A DNA stretch of 64,000 bases, taken from contig JBHGNT010000009.1 of assembly GCA_043228905.1 (NCBI GenBank), positions 8,866,001 to 8,930,000 on the forward strand, written 5' to 3'. The DNA is from Azolla caroliniana (taxonomy: Eukaryota; Plantae; Polypodiophyta). Made by a program: the position numbers and the translations under genes. Each line of letters opens with the position of its first letter. Position 1 is the first letter of the stretch. Shown here piece by piece: positions 27,655-39,897 of this stretch. The notes under the pieces are model-generated. The model made no database searches and was not told the origin of the DNA. It saw only the letters and a list, made by a program, of their open reading frames with translations.

Positions 27655-28740
27655 GAAATAAATATGTACCACCATAAGCTTCTTCTAGGTCGTCTTTTGT
27701 TTTGTTTTTTTTTCCTTCCTTACCCGTTTTTTTCTCACTTCTTTTAAATCCCCCCCCCGCCCCCCCCCCTCCCTTTCCACATACATACATACTAATCAGT
27801 GGACAAATGGGAAATCAATTCAATGCCCAAAATGTGATCTACTCCCCCATAGTTATGATGATGAACCCTACAAACACACATTAAAACGAGTTCTCATCAC
27901 ATTTTCAAAGATTACCCATATCAATGATGGCATAATTGTAATAATATCCATCTGAGTCATTTGTTGTCATCCCAAGTGTATGTCTAATCGTCTCGCATCT
28001 ACCTATAATGCGTAAAGCTCGAGCCCATGTCCCATGTCCCTTGGGCTTGTTGTTGCTGAATATGGTTGATGTATATGATACACCTTTTGATTACATCCCC
28101 CCACCCTCCTAAGACACTAGCGAGGTTGAACATCATTTCGTACAAAAAAAGCACGTATCATTAGATTTTATGCATCATCTAACGCACATACAACAATGTT
28201 CCTGAGAAAGGTATTGTGGTGATACATTGAGTGCCATTCCCATCCATAAAAGTAACATAGCTTTACGGGATTTCATATCTCAAATAAAGATGTTTTGTCA
28301 TGCCAAATTTACAATCAATGTAGCACCCTAGATACCAAAAATATATCCATGACAAAGTGCTAATTATGACAAATAAGTTAGGGTTGTCAGAGAGTGGCCA
28401 ATCTCTAGCTTGGATGAGATCATGATAAATGGTGAAATATGAAAGACATGTTGTGGATCATTTGTGCAATTTGGTATAATTTGGCAACGACAAACGATGG
28501 ACTTTCAATGATGTAAATCCTCATTAGGGTTTGGACTACGATCATTTGTGTTGAATGGACATAACAAGCCACAAGGGGAAATGATTTGACAAGGCATGCG
28601 AATGTATATGTTTCATCATTACAAATTATATGAAATCCCCTTGATGCAATATAGTGGCACAAATAAAGTTTCATTTATAGGCCTCTAACTTGAAATAATT
28701 CAATCAATGTTGGGTAAGTTAATATTAAAGACTAAGAAAC

Positions 28741-28757
28741 ATATATGTATATATGTA

Positions 28758-28825
<68 letters not shown>
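28741..28825. repeat. (TA)/(TG)n/(GA)n microsatellite
   Basis: Directly visible. Confidence 0.9.
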
Positions 28826-28828
<3 letters not shown>

Positions 28829-28829
28829 A

Positions 28830-29110
28830 GATGGATGTAGCTTAGTTGGTAAGGTTGTCAATGGAGACGAGATGGTCATGGGTTAAACCTCTACATTCCA
28901 CAATGGCATCTAGTGAAATAAGAGATATCTATAGAGTAATAGAGGTGAGAAAATTAGGTTTCGAACCCAAGAAAATTAAACCCAACTTACCACTAGGGCA
29001 AGCTAATTACAATAAAAAAACAAAGAGAGAGAGAGAGAGAGTGCTGACTTTTGAAACCAAAGCATAGATTCTTAGTCTAAGAATTCACCACTAAGGTAAG
29101 TTAATTAATA
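28830..29110. mobile_element. Cluster of degenerate tRNA-derived SINE-like heads
   Basis: Plus strand TAGCTTAGTTGGTA...GGTCATGGGTTAAACC; minus strand CTAGTGGTAAG...GGGTTCGAAACC (28943-29004); weaker third copy at 29041-29105. Confidence 0.35.
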
Positions 29111-29579
29111 AGAGAGAAAAGAGAGAGATTTACCAACAATACCTTTGTTTGAACTACACATGTTTTGTTGTGCCAATTTAATAGGCAACAAGATTGGTTA
29201 GATATAGCTAGACACCTTCAAACACAATGGCCTTGCGCTAAATTCACACATTCTATTATTATGTATTTATCAGCACTATTTTATATGACAAATGGATTTC
29301 GAAAGACACTTTTTGAGGAGCAAACCAAGTCTTATAATGATTTCAAACACATCAAAACCATTGTTTAGGACTTATATTAAGGTTGAAAATCATAATATTT
29401 AAAATTTCACCATTTAATTTATGTTTATACTCATCTAAATTTATTTAATTGCTTTGGCAAGGGAGTAAGACACTATGATATACGATGTACAAAGACAATG
29501 TCTTCATCGATGTGTTTTAGCATGTAATAACTTGCTATTTATGCTCTAGGAAAATTAACACCATAATAATTTAGCTTGA

Positions 29580-29613
29580 TATACATATACATACATATAC
29601 ATATATGTACATA

Positions 29614-29675
<62 letters not shown>
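29580..29675. repeat. (TA/CATA) plus long (CA)n microsatellite
   Basis: Directly visible. Confidence 0.9.
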
Positions 29676-29679
<4 letters not shown>

Positions 29680-30019
29680 AGAATGTTGTGCAAAATATGT
29701 TAGATTGTTACAAGTGATTATGTGCAACGTATTGGCAATTTATCATGTATAAGTCTTGTAGAGATCGACAAAGTCCGTCAATGTCACCATCAATTACATA
29801 ACTACTACTAGGTTATGGAGTGGTGGAGTGCTGACACTATTTATCCTTTAGGGATGGGGACCCAAGGAAGAGTGCAACATAACAACGGTAGCTCGATGGT
29901 AGGTCAACATTCTTGTAATAATTGATTATAACTAATGAAAGGATAATTTCCAGGAAAAAAAAGGTTCGTCAATGTCATCTTACCTGGTTGCAACAACCTA
30001 GCTAGCCTCGAACCCCATC

Positions 30020-32330
30020 ATTGTTAGTGACCCCTACTGAATAAATACCTCATGATCTGATAGAGTTGGATTGAGTACATTTCAAACCCTTGAACACCAT
30101 GGAGAGGAAACACTATCAAGTGAATAACCTTTGCCTCTATGTTGGTGCTTTTGGACACATGGTCCATTTTTGCCATGTCACTATAATTTGGAAATTGTAG
30201 TAAGAGCCATGCATCTAGACATATGCATAACAATCATTGTAGGGGTTCCACTCCAACATTTGGGCCTACTTCAAGCGATCATCAACTATATATAGGTGGA
30301 TAAAAGCTTTGGGGTCCTTCAGATGAGGGCTTAGTTCACTCAAGGTTGACATTGTGTTTCACTAGCATTAACTGGTCTCCCCACAATTGTATTCCACTTG
30401 TAAAGAAATATGTCGATTGAAGAATGTTCACCCTCCTTAAGCACCATCACTCTCCTTTAGAAACTCTCTAAGCATGAGGCCCTTCAAACTTACATCGACA
30501 AGAATCTGGGAAAATATTTTATCCACCATTCTAAGTGTTTTGTTGGGGGCACCTATCTTATTTTTCATGAAGAAAGATGGTTCATCATAAACCTTATGGT
30601 CTTCTACAACCTTTCCCAATTCCAAAGTGACATTGGGATGGATTCTCAAATGCTTCATCACATGACTTACATTACTTCGTTAAGGGGTACGACTTCGTGT
30701 TGGCCATAATAAATCAATTTATCCCTTTTCATAAAGCCATCTCAAGGGATGAAACATAAGATCTTATCCTAGTGAGTTTTCCTACAACACTATACACTAT
30801 TCTAAAAATGGAATGCCATTGTTTCCTCATTATGTCCCTCACGTTGCACCTTTTGGATGAGAATGCTTGTTCTTCCATCCTTTTTCTCTTCTCTCAACCA
30901 TAATCTCATAGTTCTTGCATGCAACTTTCATTAGATCTGTCTTCACATTGTTATTCCAAAAGCCTCATGAAGTGTAAACTTAACGTGGTTATCAAGTATT
31001 CTTCTTCTAGCACTTGCCTCACATCCTTGGTTTTGTAATGTTTTTAGGGCAATTTGTAGGCCAAAACTCCCATTTTCTTCCCTTTTCGTTTACCAATTTG
31101 CCATCTCTTATTCGTTTCTCTTAATCTCCCTTATGTCATGCCTTTTGGTCAAGCTTGCTTGTTCTTCCATCCATTTTTCTTTTCTTTTATAGAAACCTCG
31201 TAGTTTTTGTAGGCAAAATTTACTACACTAGTCTTCTCTTCTACAAGGTCCTCCAATCTAGTTTCTGTTTGGACCCTTTTTTTCAACCTCCGTAGCCTCA
31301 TACCTTTGAAGCTTCCTTTTTTAGGAAGAAAAAGGTAGGCTAGAGCCTAGAATTATGCTTCTTGGGTATCCTTACTTTTTACTCTATTTCTGACTCTAAT
31401 ATTGATTGAGGTAAAGTAATAAATGCCTTGCACATTTAACTTCCTTCATGAGTTTCATTAGAATTCATCAACCATATTTATTATGGATAGGTTCACTAGT
31501 TCCCAATGCAAGTATTTTGTTGCCAACACAATAGACAACATTCTACTAGTCAAAATGCTCCTTGGAAGTCACTATCATCTCTTCTTTTGCAATTTGGGGC
31601 ATCCCACTATATACATTTTTCAATGAACATGATTTTTGGTATGGTGAAAGATGTCCATTTTCTTTTTTTGTAATGTATATTATTAAAGCAAGATGATAAT
31701 ACAACCCTTGCTATCTCCGTTACTCATGGCAAGGTAAACCCTCTCAGGTTTTGTAATACTAGATGACATAAATCTATCTTATATTGGGCATCGTCTTCGT
31801 ACAACATAGTTGCAAAAATTGCCAAGTCAACTTCCCTTTCATCCTATGTAGTTGATGTGTTACCCCATGAAGTCCATTAAAGGAGAACCCATTTCTCATG
31901 GTCCTGTTAAACCACATCCCCCAATACCCAATGTAGTCAAACACAACTTGATATGATAGCGTGGTTAGAGCTTTAGCACCATCAATGAAAACCTACTTAA
32001 AAGGAGACAAAAAACTTCTTGTTACTAATGTCCAAATTTGTCATATACCAGCCAAATGACTATAGCAACCGAGCATGTAATTTACTCCTATTACTTGGGA
32101 GATTTGAAGGTATTTTATCATTCTCTTTAGATCATCAACGATTGTGCCTCTGACGGGTACTTCCACTATTAATTTCCTTCTTGAAATTGGCCTTAAACCC
32201 TAATCCCTAAACCCTAAACCCTTCTCTCACGCAGTGTTGGGGCTATAGCAAGTTGAACTCTTCTCTCTATCAATATCTTAATAGTCTAATGGGACTTGAC
32301 TTCCCATTGACGTTTTCGCGCCATGATGAG
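30020..32330 (-). mobile_element. Highly decayed Ty3/gypsy gag-protease remnant
   Basis: Fragments CI*WDAPNCKRRD (zinc-knuckle-like, ~31580-31620), ILVD...VNIL (protease-like, ~30420-30510) and LIVFPL; heavily interrupted. Confidence 0.35.
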
Positions 32331-32456
32331 AAAATAACCTCTACCAAATTATACGAACTAATTCAAATCTTTGTAAGAACCGGTGTCCATAGGATGATAA
32401 TATTATGTGTAAATAGCTAGTTGAATCTACGAAAAAACATAATACTGAGTAAAATA

Positions 32457-32698
32457 TTTTAAAGCTAAATACCTATTATCAACACATTTTGCTATGATCA
32501 CTATAAGATATTTTAGCTATTAAAGTTATTACCCATTTTTAAAGCTAAAAGCCTATTATCAACACATTTTGCAATTATCACTATGAGGTGTTTTAGCTAT
32601 TAAAGCTATTACCTACTTTTAAAGCTAAATACCTATTCAAAGCACATTTTTGTTATTATCACTATCATGTATTTTAGCTATTAAAATTATTACCCACT
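32457..32698. repeat. 3 x 80-bp AT-rich tandem repeat
   Basis: AAAGCTAAA recurs at 32461, 32541 and 32621 with similar downstream sequence. Confidence 0.9.
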
Positions 32699-33177
32699 AA
32701 TGTAGGTGCCTCTTATGCATGGGTGACACTTTGCACTCATGTGTCTCAGATAGATAATATGCATAAGACACTAGAAGAAAATCGAATGGATGTGTTGATG
32801 AATTGAAAGACTCTATAACTAGTGTTGTTCACCTTGATCGTAATCTAGGTGAACACATATATTTATACAAGTTACGAGATTGAATATCTCTAATATACCC
32901 GTCTAGAATATACTATAAAATATTTCTAGAATAAAGACTAGAATATTCTGGAATGTAGTATATGCTCGACTAAACAATACTAAACTATTATATACAAATA
33001 CATGCTTATATCAAAATGGTTGTGTATGACATTTTGTTGACGTGAGGTTGCAGGTTCAATACGCACTAACTATATATTTTATATCACTATGTTGTGACAT
33101 TATCCTCCCTTTTACGACCGCATTTTCAAAAGCGTGGTGTAGGGGTGAGTTGAAAAAGAAAACCGAAGTAGATTGAT

Positions 33178-33752
33178 GAGTGAGCGACCATGAATAGTCC
33201 TCACCAGAAATAGGAACACGAGTGAATGTGGGTGATCATGTGTGGTCCTCACCGAGAAGTGGAGCACCAACAGGCGTGAGAAACCATGTGCTGTCTGCAC
33301 CCGAGATTGGAACACCAACATGCGTGAGTGACCATGTGTGGTCCTCACCAAGAACACAAACACCAATGGGTGTGAGGGACCATGTGTGATCCTCACCGTG
33401 AACAGGAACACCAACGGGCATGAGTGACCATGTGTGGCCCTCACTAGGAATTGGAACACGAACGGATGTGAGCGACCATGTGAGGTCCTCATTGGAGACT
33501 GGAACATCATCGGGTGTGAGAGACCATGTGCGATCATCACGGGGAACTGGAACACAAACGAGCGTGAGTGACCATGTGCAACCCTCAACGGGAATTGGAG
33601 CACGAATGGATGTGAGTGACCATGTGCGGTACTCGCCGGGAATTGGAACACCAACGGGCGTGAGCAACCATGTGCGGTCCTCACTGAGAACTAGAACACC
33701 AACGGGTGTGGGTGACCATGTGTGGTCCTCATTGGGAACTAGAACACCAAAG
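33178..33752 (-). repeat. 12 x 48-bp tandem array inside the non-autonomous LTR element
   Basis: GACCATG-like anchor exactly every 48 nt from 33186 to 33714, no indels. Confidence 0.95.
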
Positions 33753-34650
33753 GGCGAAGGAGTGCAGGCGAAGCGGTCAAATCGACTTCTTCTATCATGA
33801 GAGGGTAAATAGTCAAGGTTGACTCAAAACACGACACAAACGGTAGTGCTAGCGAGAAACCGGCGCGATCCCCACTGGAACAAAAGGTGAGCGAGTGAAA
33901 TCGATCCTTGTCAAAGGGAAGTGGAGCGAAAATTGAACCAAAATGAAAATGGAGTGCAAGAGAGCAATGATTCGATTCCCACCAAGAAAGTGAGCGGTTG
34001 TGACCCCCACCGAAACTGGGAAGGTGAGCAATCGAAATCAATCCTTGCCAAATCGTGATGCAAAATGATACCTATAGATGATGACAATGACAATGAAGGG
34101 AAAAATAATGATGATAATGAAGATCATGAAAAGTAGTGTTGATGATGATGAAGGTTGGGCGAAGTAGCATTTGATGAAGACAACAAGCGGTGATGAAAAT
34201 GATGATGTTGAAGAAAAGGCAACAAAAATGATGATGATGAGGAAGCGTCTCTGGAAAAAATGATTGTGACTATGGTGATGATGGTGTCTCTAGAAGTAAT
34301 GACAACTATGATGGTGATGTCTCTAAAACCAAGGATGTTGATGACTGTAATTCTAGACACAACGACGGTGATGATGGTGTCTCTGGAAGAAAAGATGGAG
34401 GCAATGAAGAAGACGAACGATATTTCCAATTGGAAGGTGAACAAACTGTCACAGATAGATAATATGCACAAGAGACAAGAAGAAATCGAATGGATGAGTT
34501 GATGAATTGAAAGACTCCGTAACTGGTATTGTTCACCTTGATTGTAATCTAGGTGAACACATATATTTATACAAGTTCCGAGATTGAATATCTCTAGAAT
34601 ATACCCATTTAAAATATACCATAGAATATTTCTAGATTATACTAAAAACT

Positions 34651-34665
34651 AGAATATTCTGGAAT
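34651..34665. promoter_or_regulatory. Perfect heat-shock element nGAAnnTTCnnGAAn in 5' LTR U3 (also 32940-32954 in 3' LTR)
   Basis: aGAAtaTTCtgGAAt is identical in both LTRs, ~75-80 nt upstream of the minus-strand TATAAATA (34571; 32867). Confidence 0.7.
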
Positions 34666-34862
34666 GTAGTATATGCTAGAATATACAATATTAAATTATT
34701 ATAAATACATGCTTATATCAAAATTGTTGACCATGACATTTTGTTGACATGAGGTTGCAGGTTCAATACTCACCAACTATGCATTTTATGTCACTATGTC
34801 ATGACATCATGCACCCACCTTCCTCATGTATAAAATTTTATCAAGGGGGAAAATATAGATGT

Positions 34863-35410
34863 TGTCGTGAAGATTTCCGACTATGGTGCGAAATCCAGAT
34901 TGAATGGGCATGTCGGCGATGTGCAACATCGGCACATGTATAGTAGGAAAATGTGTATAAAATAAAGGGGAGTATTTATCTCACACTGTAATATCCCTCC
35001 CTCCTTGGGCTATAAAAGGAAGGGAGGGGTCTCTTGTGAAGGGGTTGCCTATTTTCTGTTAGAAGGGTATACCACTTAGATCTAGGGTTTGGTAGTCTCT
35101 CTCTTCTTGGTTAGGGTTTCGGTCGTTCTAGGGTTCTTCTTCACCCTATTCGGTTTAGGGTTTTGTCTAGGGTTTCATTCTTCTTCTTTCCCTATCCGGT
35201 TAGGGTTTGATTTCGCGGTTTTTGCATATAGCCTATATGGCCATGGTTGTAAATCGTTTGATGGCTTCTTAATGTAACTTCTTGGTGTATCTCGTCTCGG
35301 TCTACTACTCTTCCTTGTTAATCTATTCTTCTTTCTCCTAACCCCTTCCTAGTCCAAGACCCCTGTGGTCCCGCCTAAGATCCTAGACGTACCCGCGGAA
35401 TACTATGACA
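34863..35410 (+). mobile_element. Solo LTR (gypsy, CpG-target group), 548 bp
   Basis: TGTCGTGAAGATTTCC...GACCCCTGTGGTCCCG...GGAATACTATGACA; flanks ATGT/ACGT; termini homologous to the LTRs at 55020-56076 and 60368-61423. Confidence 0.85.
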
Positions 35411-36215
35411 ACGTGAAATACTATCGTAATCAAATAGGCAAAAAATACTATTCTACTCATCTTGAAATTATGAATACAAGCTATTTCGTTTTTCCCCTTT
35501 CTTTGACAAGAAGCCTGATGCTTATTTCCCGAATTCATAACTTTTTTTTCCTTGGCATGCGTATGCTGAGATGAACATCACAACGTGAACCGCACACCCT
35601 CTTCATAATGAACTGATTGAATACTTGATCATGGTCATCTTCTAGGAGGGCCTTACATTATGTTTATCTTTTACATCCACCGCCTTGTCAAGACATTCCC
35701 CATTGTCTCTTTTATTGAACATTTGCTCCATCATCACATCCATAATTAAGGTGAGATCTCTGGGTTGATACAACATTGATGCCAAATCCCCTTGCCTCTC
35801 TTTCATGTTGCATTCGCTAAAGATATCACGAAAATATTTGAGAAGGGTGTCCAAATGTAAGTAGAGCCATAGGGGTGCTCAAATAGAAAAGATGTTTTTG
35901 AAGCAGATTTTTTATAGTTTTCTTGGAAGCGATACATGTTAGTTACCATGAGCAGATGCTCTTGATTCATGTGCTCTTAGAGTGCATGTGTGTGTATTTA
36001 ATTCCTATATGTGCGAACATGCTCATGGATATAACAAAATAAATATTTTACAGTTAAGTGTGAATTTGAAGGTTTATATTGAGTGCTAGTGTTTAATGTG
36101 TAAAATTTGTGTGCATGTATGAATATGCATGTATGAGTGTAAATTTGTATGTGATTGTGTATAAATGTGTAAACTTGAATGTGTTCATATATGTAAATGT
36201 GTGTGTGTGTGTGTA

Positions 36216-36771
36216 TGTTAGCTGGTCGACTACCCAGAGTCGAATGGTCGTAGTCGGAATCGACAATGTGAACAATAGTCGGAAGGTCGAAAGGACAATG
36301 ACAGAATTGGAATATGAAAAGGACGGAAATTAATATAATGAAAAATGTATTTTGCCCAAGTATAAAATATAGTAAGTTAGTTAGGACAGTTTTGTTGTAG
36401 TTCTTGCCGAATAAGGTAAGTGTAATCTCAGATCACCTATAAAAAGGGACCGAGAGCACTGTAATTGTATCAGTCTATTTTGAGTAATATAAGTTGAGTA
36501 GTTAGAGTATCTGATATGTTGACTACACTGTGTTGTAAGTTTTCTAATTGTCTCTATGTCGAATGTTCGAATACGGTCTCTGCTGCACAAGCTATATTAC
36601 ATCTAATAGTTGATCATAAGTATATGATAGTAACTAGTTTTGTATATCGAGTTTGGGCGTAAGACTAGCGTCAATCTATCCATCTCTCCACCACAATCAT
36701 ATTGACCGAATGTTCGACCTATTGTGTCTGTCGGTTACAATGGTCGGCTATTGGCTGTCTGTAGATCAACA
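36216..36771 (+). mobile_element. Probable solo LTR
   Basis: TGTTAG...TCAACA termini, TATAAAAAGG at ~36438, sharp compositional boundary inside a (TG)n tract; TSD not clean (GTGTA/ATGTG). Confidence 0.5.
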
Positions 36772-37337
36772 ATGTGTGTAGTTTTGCATGTGTATATGTA
36801 GTTATGTATGTGGATGTGTAAGTGCAAATATTTGTGCAGAAAGGGGACTTTTTTAGGGGGCAAGGGCGAGGGGGGTCGGGCTTTACAACTTTAGGCATAG
36901 AGAGAATCAAAAGGGTGTGTGAAGAGGATAGGTGACGGAGAAAGCTTAAACAAAAAGGGGAGATGTGAATGTGAGTGAAAAAAGTTGTGGAAGCTTGTAG
37001 ACAGACATAGTTGTTTGAGCTGAACTATTGAGAATCAAACTCACTTCCCTAGTGTGGGAACACACCTTAGTATACTCAAGTGTGTGAACACCCCACCTCC
37101 TAGTATAGTAACGAGTGTGTCATAAAACTTTAAGGTTCTATGACACATATTTAGTAGATAGTTAAGTCTCCACCTCTTTTGCAAGTGGTGGTTGTAGTGA
37201 GAGAACATAGAGAGAAGGTGACTACATAAACACCTTCTTCTCCCTTTTGTAACTGTTGGTTGTCTTATTCTCTTGGGAATATAGTTTTCTGTTTTTTTTG
37301 TATAACTCTATGTTCTATCTCGCTCTCTCTCTCGATG

Positions 37338-39897
37338 GCATGTTTGATTAACAAGGAAATAGAGAAATATGTGTCAATCATAAAAAATGATGAACATAAA
37401 TGCTACATATGGCTCAAAATAGAAACACCTAATGATTTGCCCACTTTTGTAGTTGGATGTTACATTCCTCATCAAGATTCTAACGTTTATGCTTGTTTGG
37501 ATAAAGATCAACCGTTTGCCAATCTAGAAGATGATATTGCTTATTTCAAATCCAAAGGGGAAGTTATTGTCCTTGGTGACATGAATGCTCGTACAAGAAG
37601 TTTCCAACTTGATTCACAAGAATCTTTCATGCTACATATCTCAAGGATGCAAGAGGATATGCAAATGTATAGCCGCTCTTCTAGCGATGAAAAGATCCAG
37701 ACCAATTTGTGAAGTTACTCCTACAAATGTGCAATAATACCAGATTGCTTATTGCAAATGGTATTTCCTTATGGCCCAACACTAATGGTTTTACATGTAG
37801 AAAACACAATGGAAATAGTGTGATTGACTATGTGCTACTTTCCAAAGGTATTTTGGATCGTATACATAAATTCTCATTTGGTGAATGGACACCGGAATCC
37901 GATCATAGGCCTTTATGTATTAATCTCAAATGTATGCATAGGTTTAATTGTGAGAAGGCTATTGAAGATAATAAACAACTGCGCTTGAGCATGAACCTTA
38001 AGCGAGCACCCATGTATTCCAAGATGGTTGAGGATATGTTACAAATGACAAAGATACAACATGGTGCCACACTAGAATGCAAATGGGAAGCTTTAAAGCA
38101 AGTCATTCTCTCATGTACAAACAAATGTTTTTCGACCAACCGCACATCTTGGAAATGCACCAAGAAACTTAGGAAAAAATGGTTTGATAAAGAATGTCGT
38201 GAAGCTCGAAAGTGCCTTACAGTTTTGGATGTAGTTAAGGATAAAGAGAATTACCAAAAGCATTTGCATGAGTATAAAAGGCTTATTCAAAGAAAGAGAA
38301 GAATATGGGAAGTTACTCAACAATTTATCCAAACGCAAGAGAAAGCACATGCATGTGCTAAATTTTGGGGAAATCTAAAGGGGAAACGTGTTGAGAGTTA
38401 TGGTGACTTAACTCTTCACGACTTGTCTATGCATTGTAAGAATTTATATGAGTTATCTCTTGCCGGAAAGATGATGTGTTATGGTTCTCTTTCACATTTG
38501 CCTCCCTTCTTTACAATTGAAGATATATGCATAGGACTTAAGAAATTGGCCTCTCGAAAGGCAAATGATCTTCAATGTATAAATGTATAAATGCTCAAAT
38601 GGACGGGAAAGGAAGCACATATATGGATAAGCGATATGTTTAATGATGCATTGCAACATGGTATGCCATACGATTGGACTACAAATTGGATCAAACCTTT
38701 ACATAAAGGTGGAATATAAATAATTTAAACAACTATCGAACCATCATGGTTGGCTCATTAATGGCAAAACTATTTGGATGTATAATGGAATCAAAGATAA
38801 GTGTATGGGCTGAAAAAAGTGGTAAGAGAGCTTATGGACAAGCTGGCTTTCGGAAACACCATAACACCATTGATAACCTTATCACCCTTCGAGTATTAAT
38901 GGAGGAAAGTCGTCTTAGAGGGAAAGGTTTATATTGTTGCTTTGTAGACTTCAAGAAAGCTTTTGATATGGTACCTCGTGAGCATCTTTGGAGGCGAATG
39001 GAAGAACTTGAGGTGCCAAGTGAATATATGCTTGCAGTTTCATGAATTTATGAGAAGGTTATATGTTGTGTGCGCATGAGAGATAAACTTTCATATTTTT
39101 TCAAAAGCACTATTGGTGTTAAGCAAGGATGCCCACTCTCACCAACACTATTTGGTCTATGCATTGATGAATTAGAAGAAATGGTTACCAAGTTTGCAAA
39201 GGAAGAATGTGTTGTCATTGGGAATGTTGTGATTATGCTTTGCTATATGCAAATGATGTAGTGCTTTTTGCAAATACTTTAGGAGATGCACAAAAGCTTA
39301 TGAAGGCATTGGAAAAAATTTGCATGCATACTAAATTAAGCGTCAGTAGCTCTAAAACAAAGATTATGCTTGTGAAGAGACAAAAAAGAGATAAACCATG
39401 CATTATGTACAACAATGAGCCACTTGAATGTGTGCAAAGCTTCAAATATCTTGGCCTTGAAGTTCCTTCAAATCATAGATGGAATGAATGTGCTACACGC
39501 CGCTTAGAGGCGGGTAAGCGAGCATACTATGCATTTGAGAACACATGCAATCTTGGAGATATTAAGTGTTGGGTTCTCAAGAAATATCTTTTCAACACTT
39601 TGGTGACACCGGTTCTTCTCTATGGGGTGGATGTATGGGGTGGTAGCATCCCTGAATCTATGTGGAAAGAGTTTGAAAATGTCCAAAAACATTTTCTTAC
39701 AAAGTTTCTACAAGTTAAGAAACAAATGCCCTACACCCTCCTCAACTTTGAGACGGGATTGCTTCCCATTGAGATCATGGCCATGGAAAGGGTTGTTGAA
39801 TACATGCTTAAGGTTCAAAAAAGTCCCTCACATCGACTTCCTAGAAATGCGTGGGAAGCAAGCAAAAAGATCCAAAAGACACATAAAAGCATCATTA
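37338..39897 (+). mobile_element. Non-LTR retrotransposon (APE endonuclease + RT, RTE/RTEX-like), disrupted and truncated
   Basis: VGCYIP, VLGDMNART, SVIDY, SDHRPL; NYRTIMVG, QAGFRKHH, FVDFKKAFD, GVKQGCPLSPTLF, LLYAND, FKYLG; several stops and frameshifts. Confidence 0.92.

Larger units (their letters stand above)
32742..34806 (-). mobile_element. Complete non-autonomous LTR retroelement (TRIM/LARD-like, Tf1/Tcn1-type self-priming PBS)
   Basis: LTRs at 32742-33099 and 34447-34806 (TG...CA); TSD TCATG at 32737-32741 and 34807-34811; PPT AAAAGGGAGGATAA at 33113-33100; PBS TTGTTCACCTT at 34444-34434; no recognisable gag/pol. Confidence 0.92.

Noticed and set aside
33178-33752. 48-bp array as a CRISPR array
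   Set aside because: Whole units are homologous with no unique spacers, there are no cas genes, and it lies inside a eukaryotic LTR element
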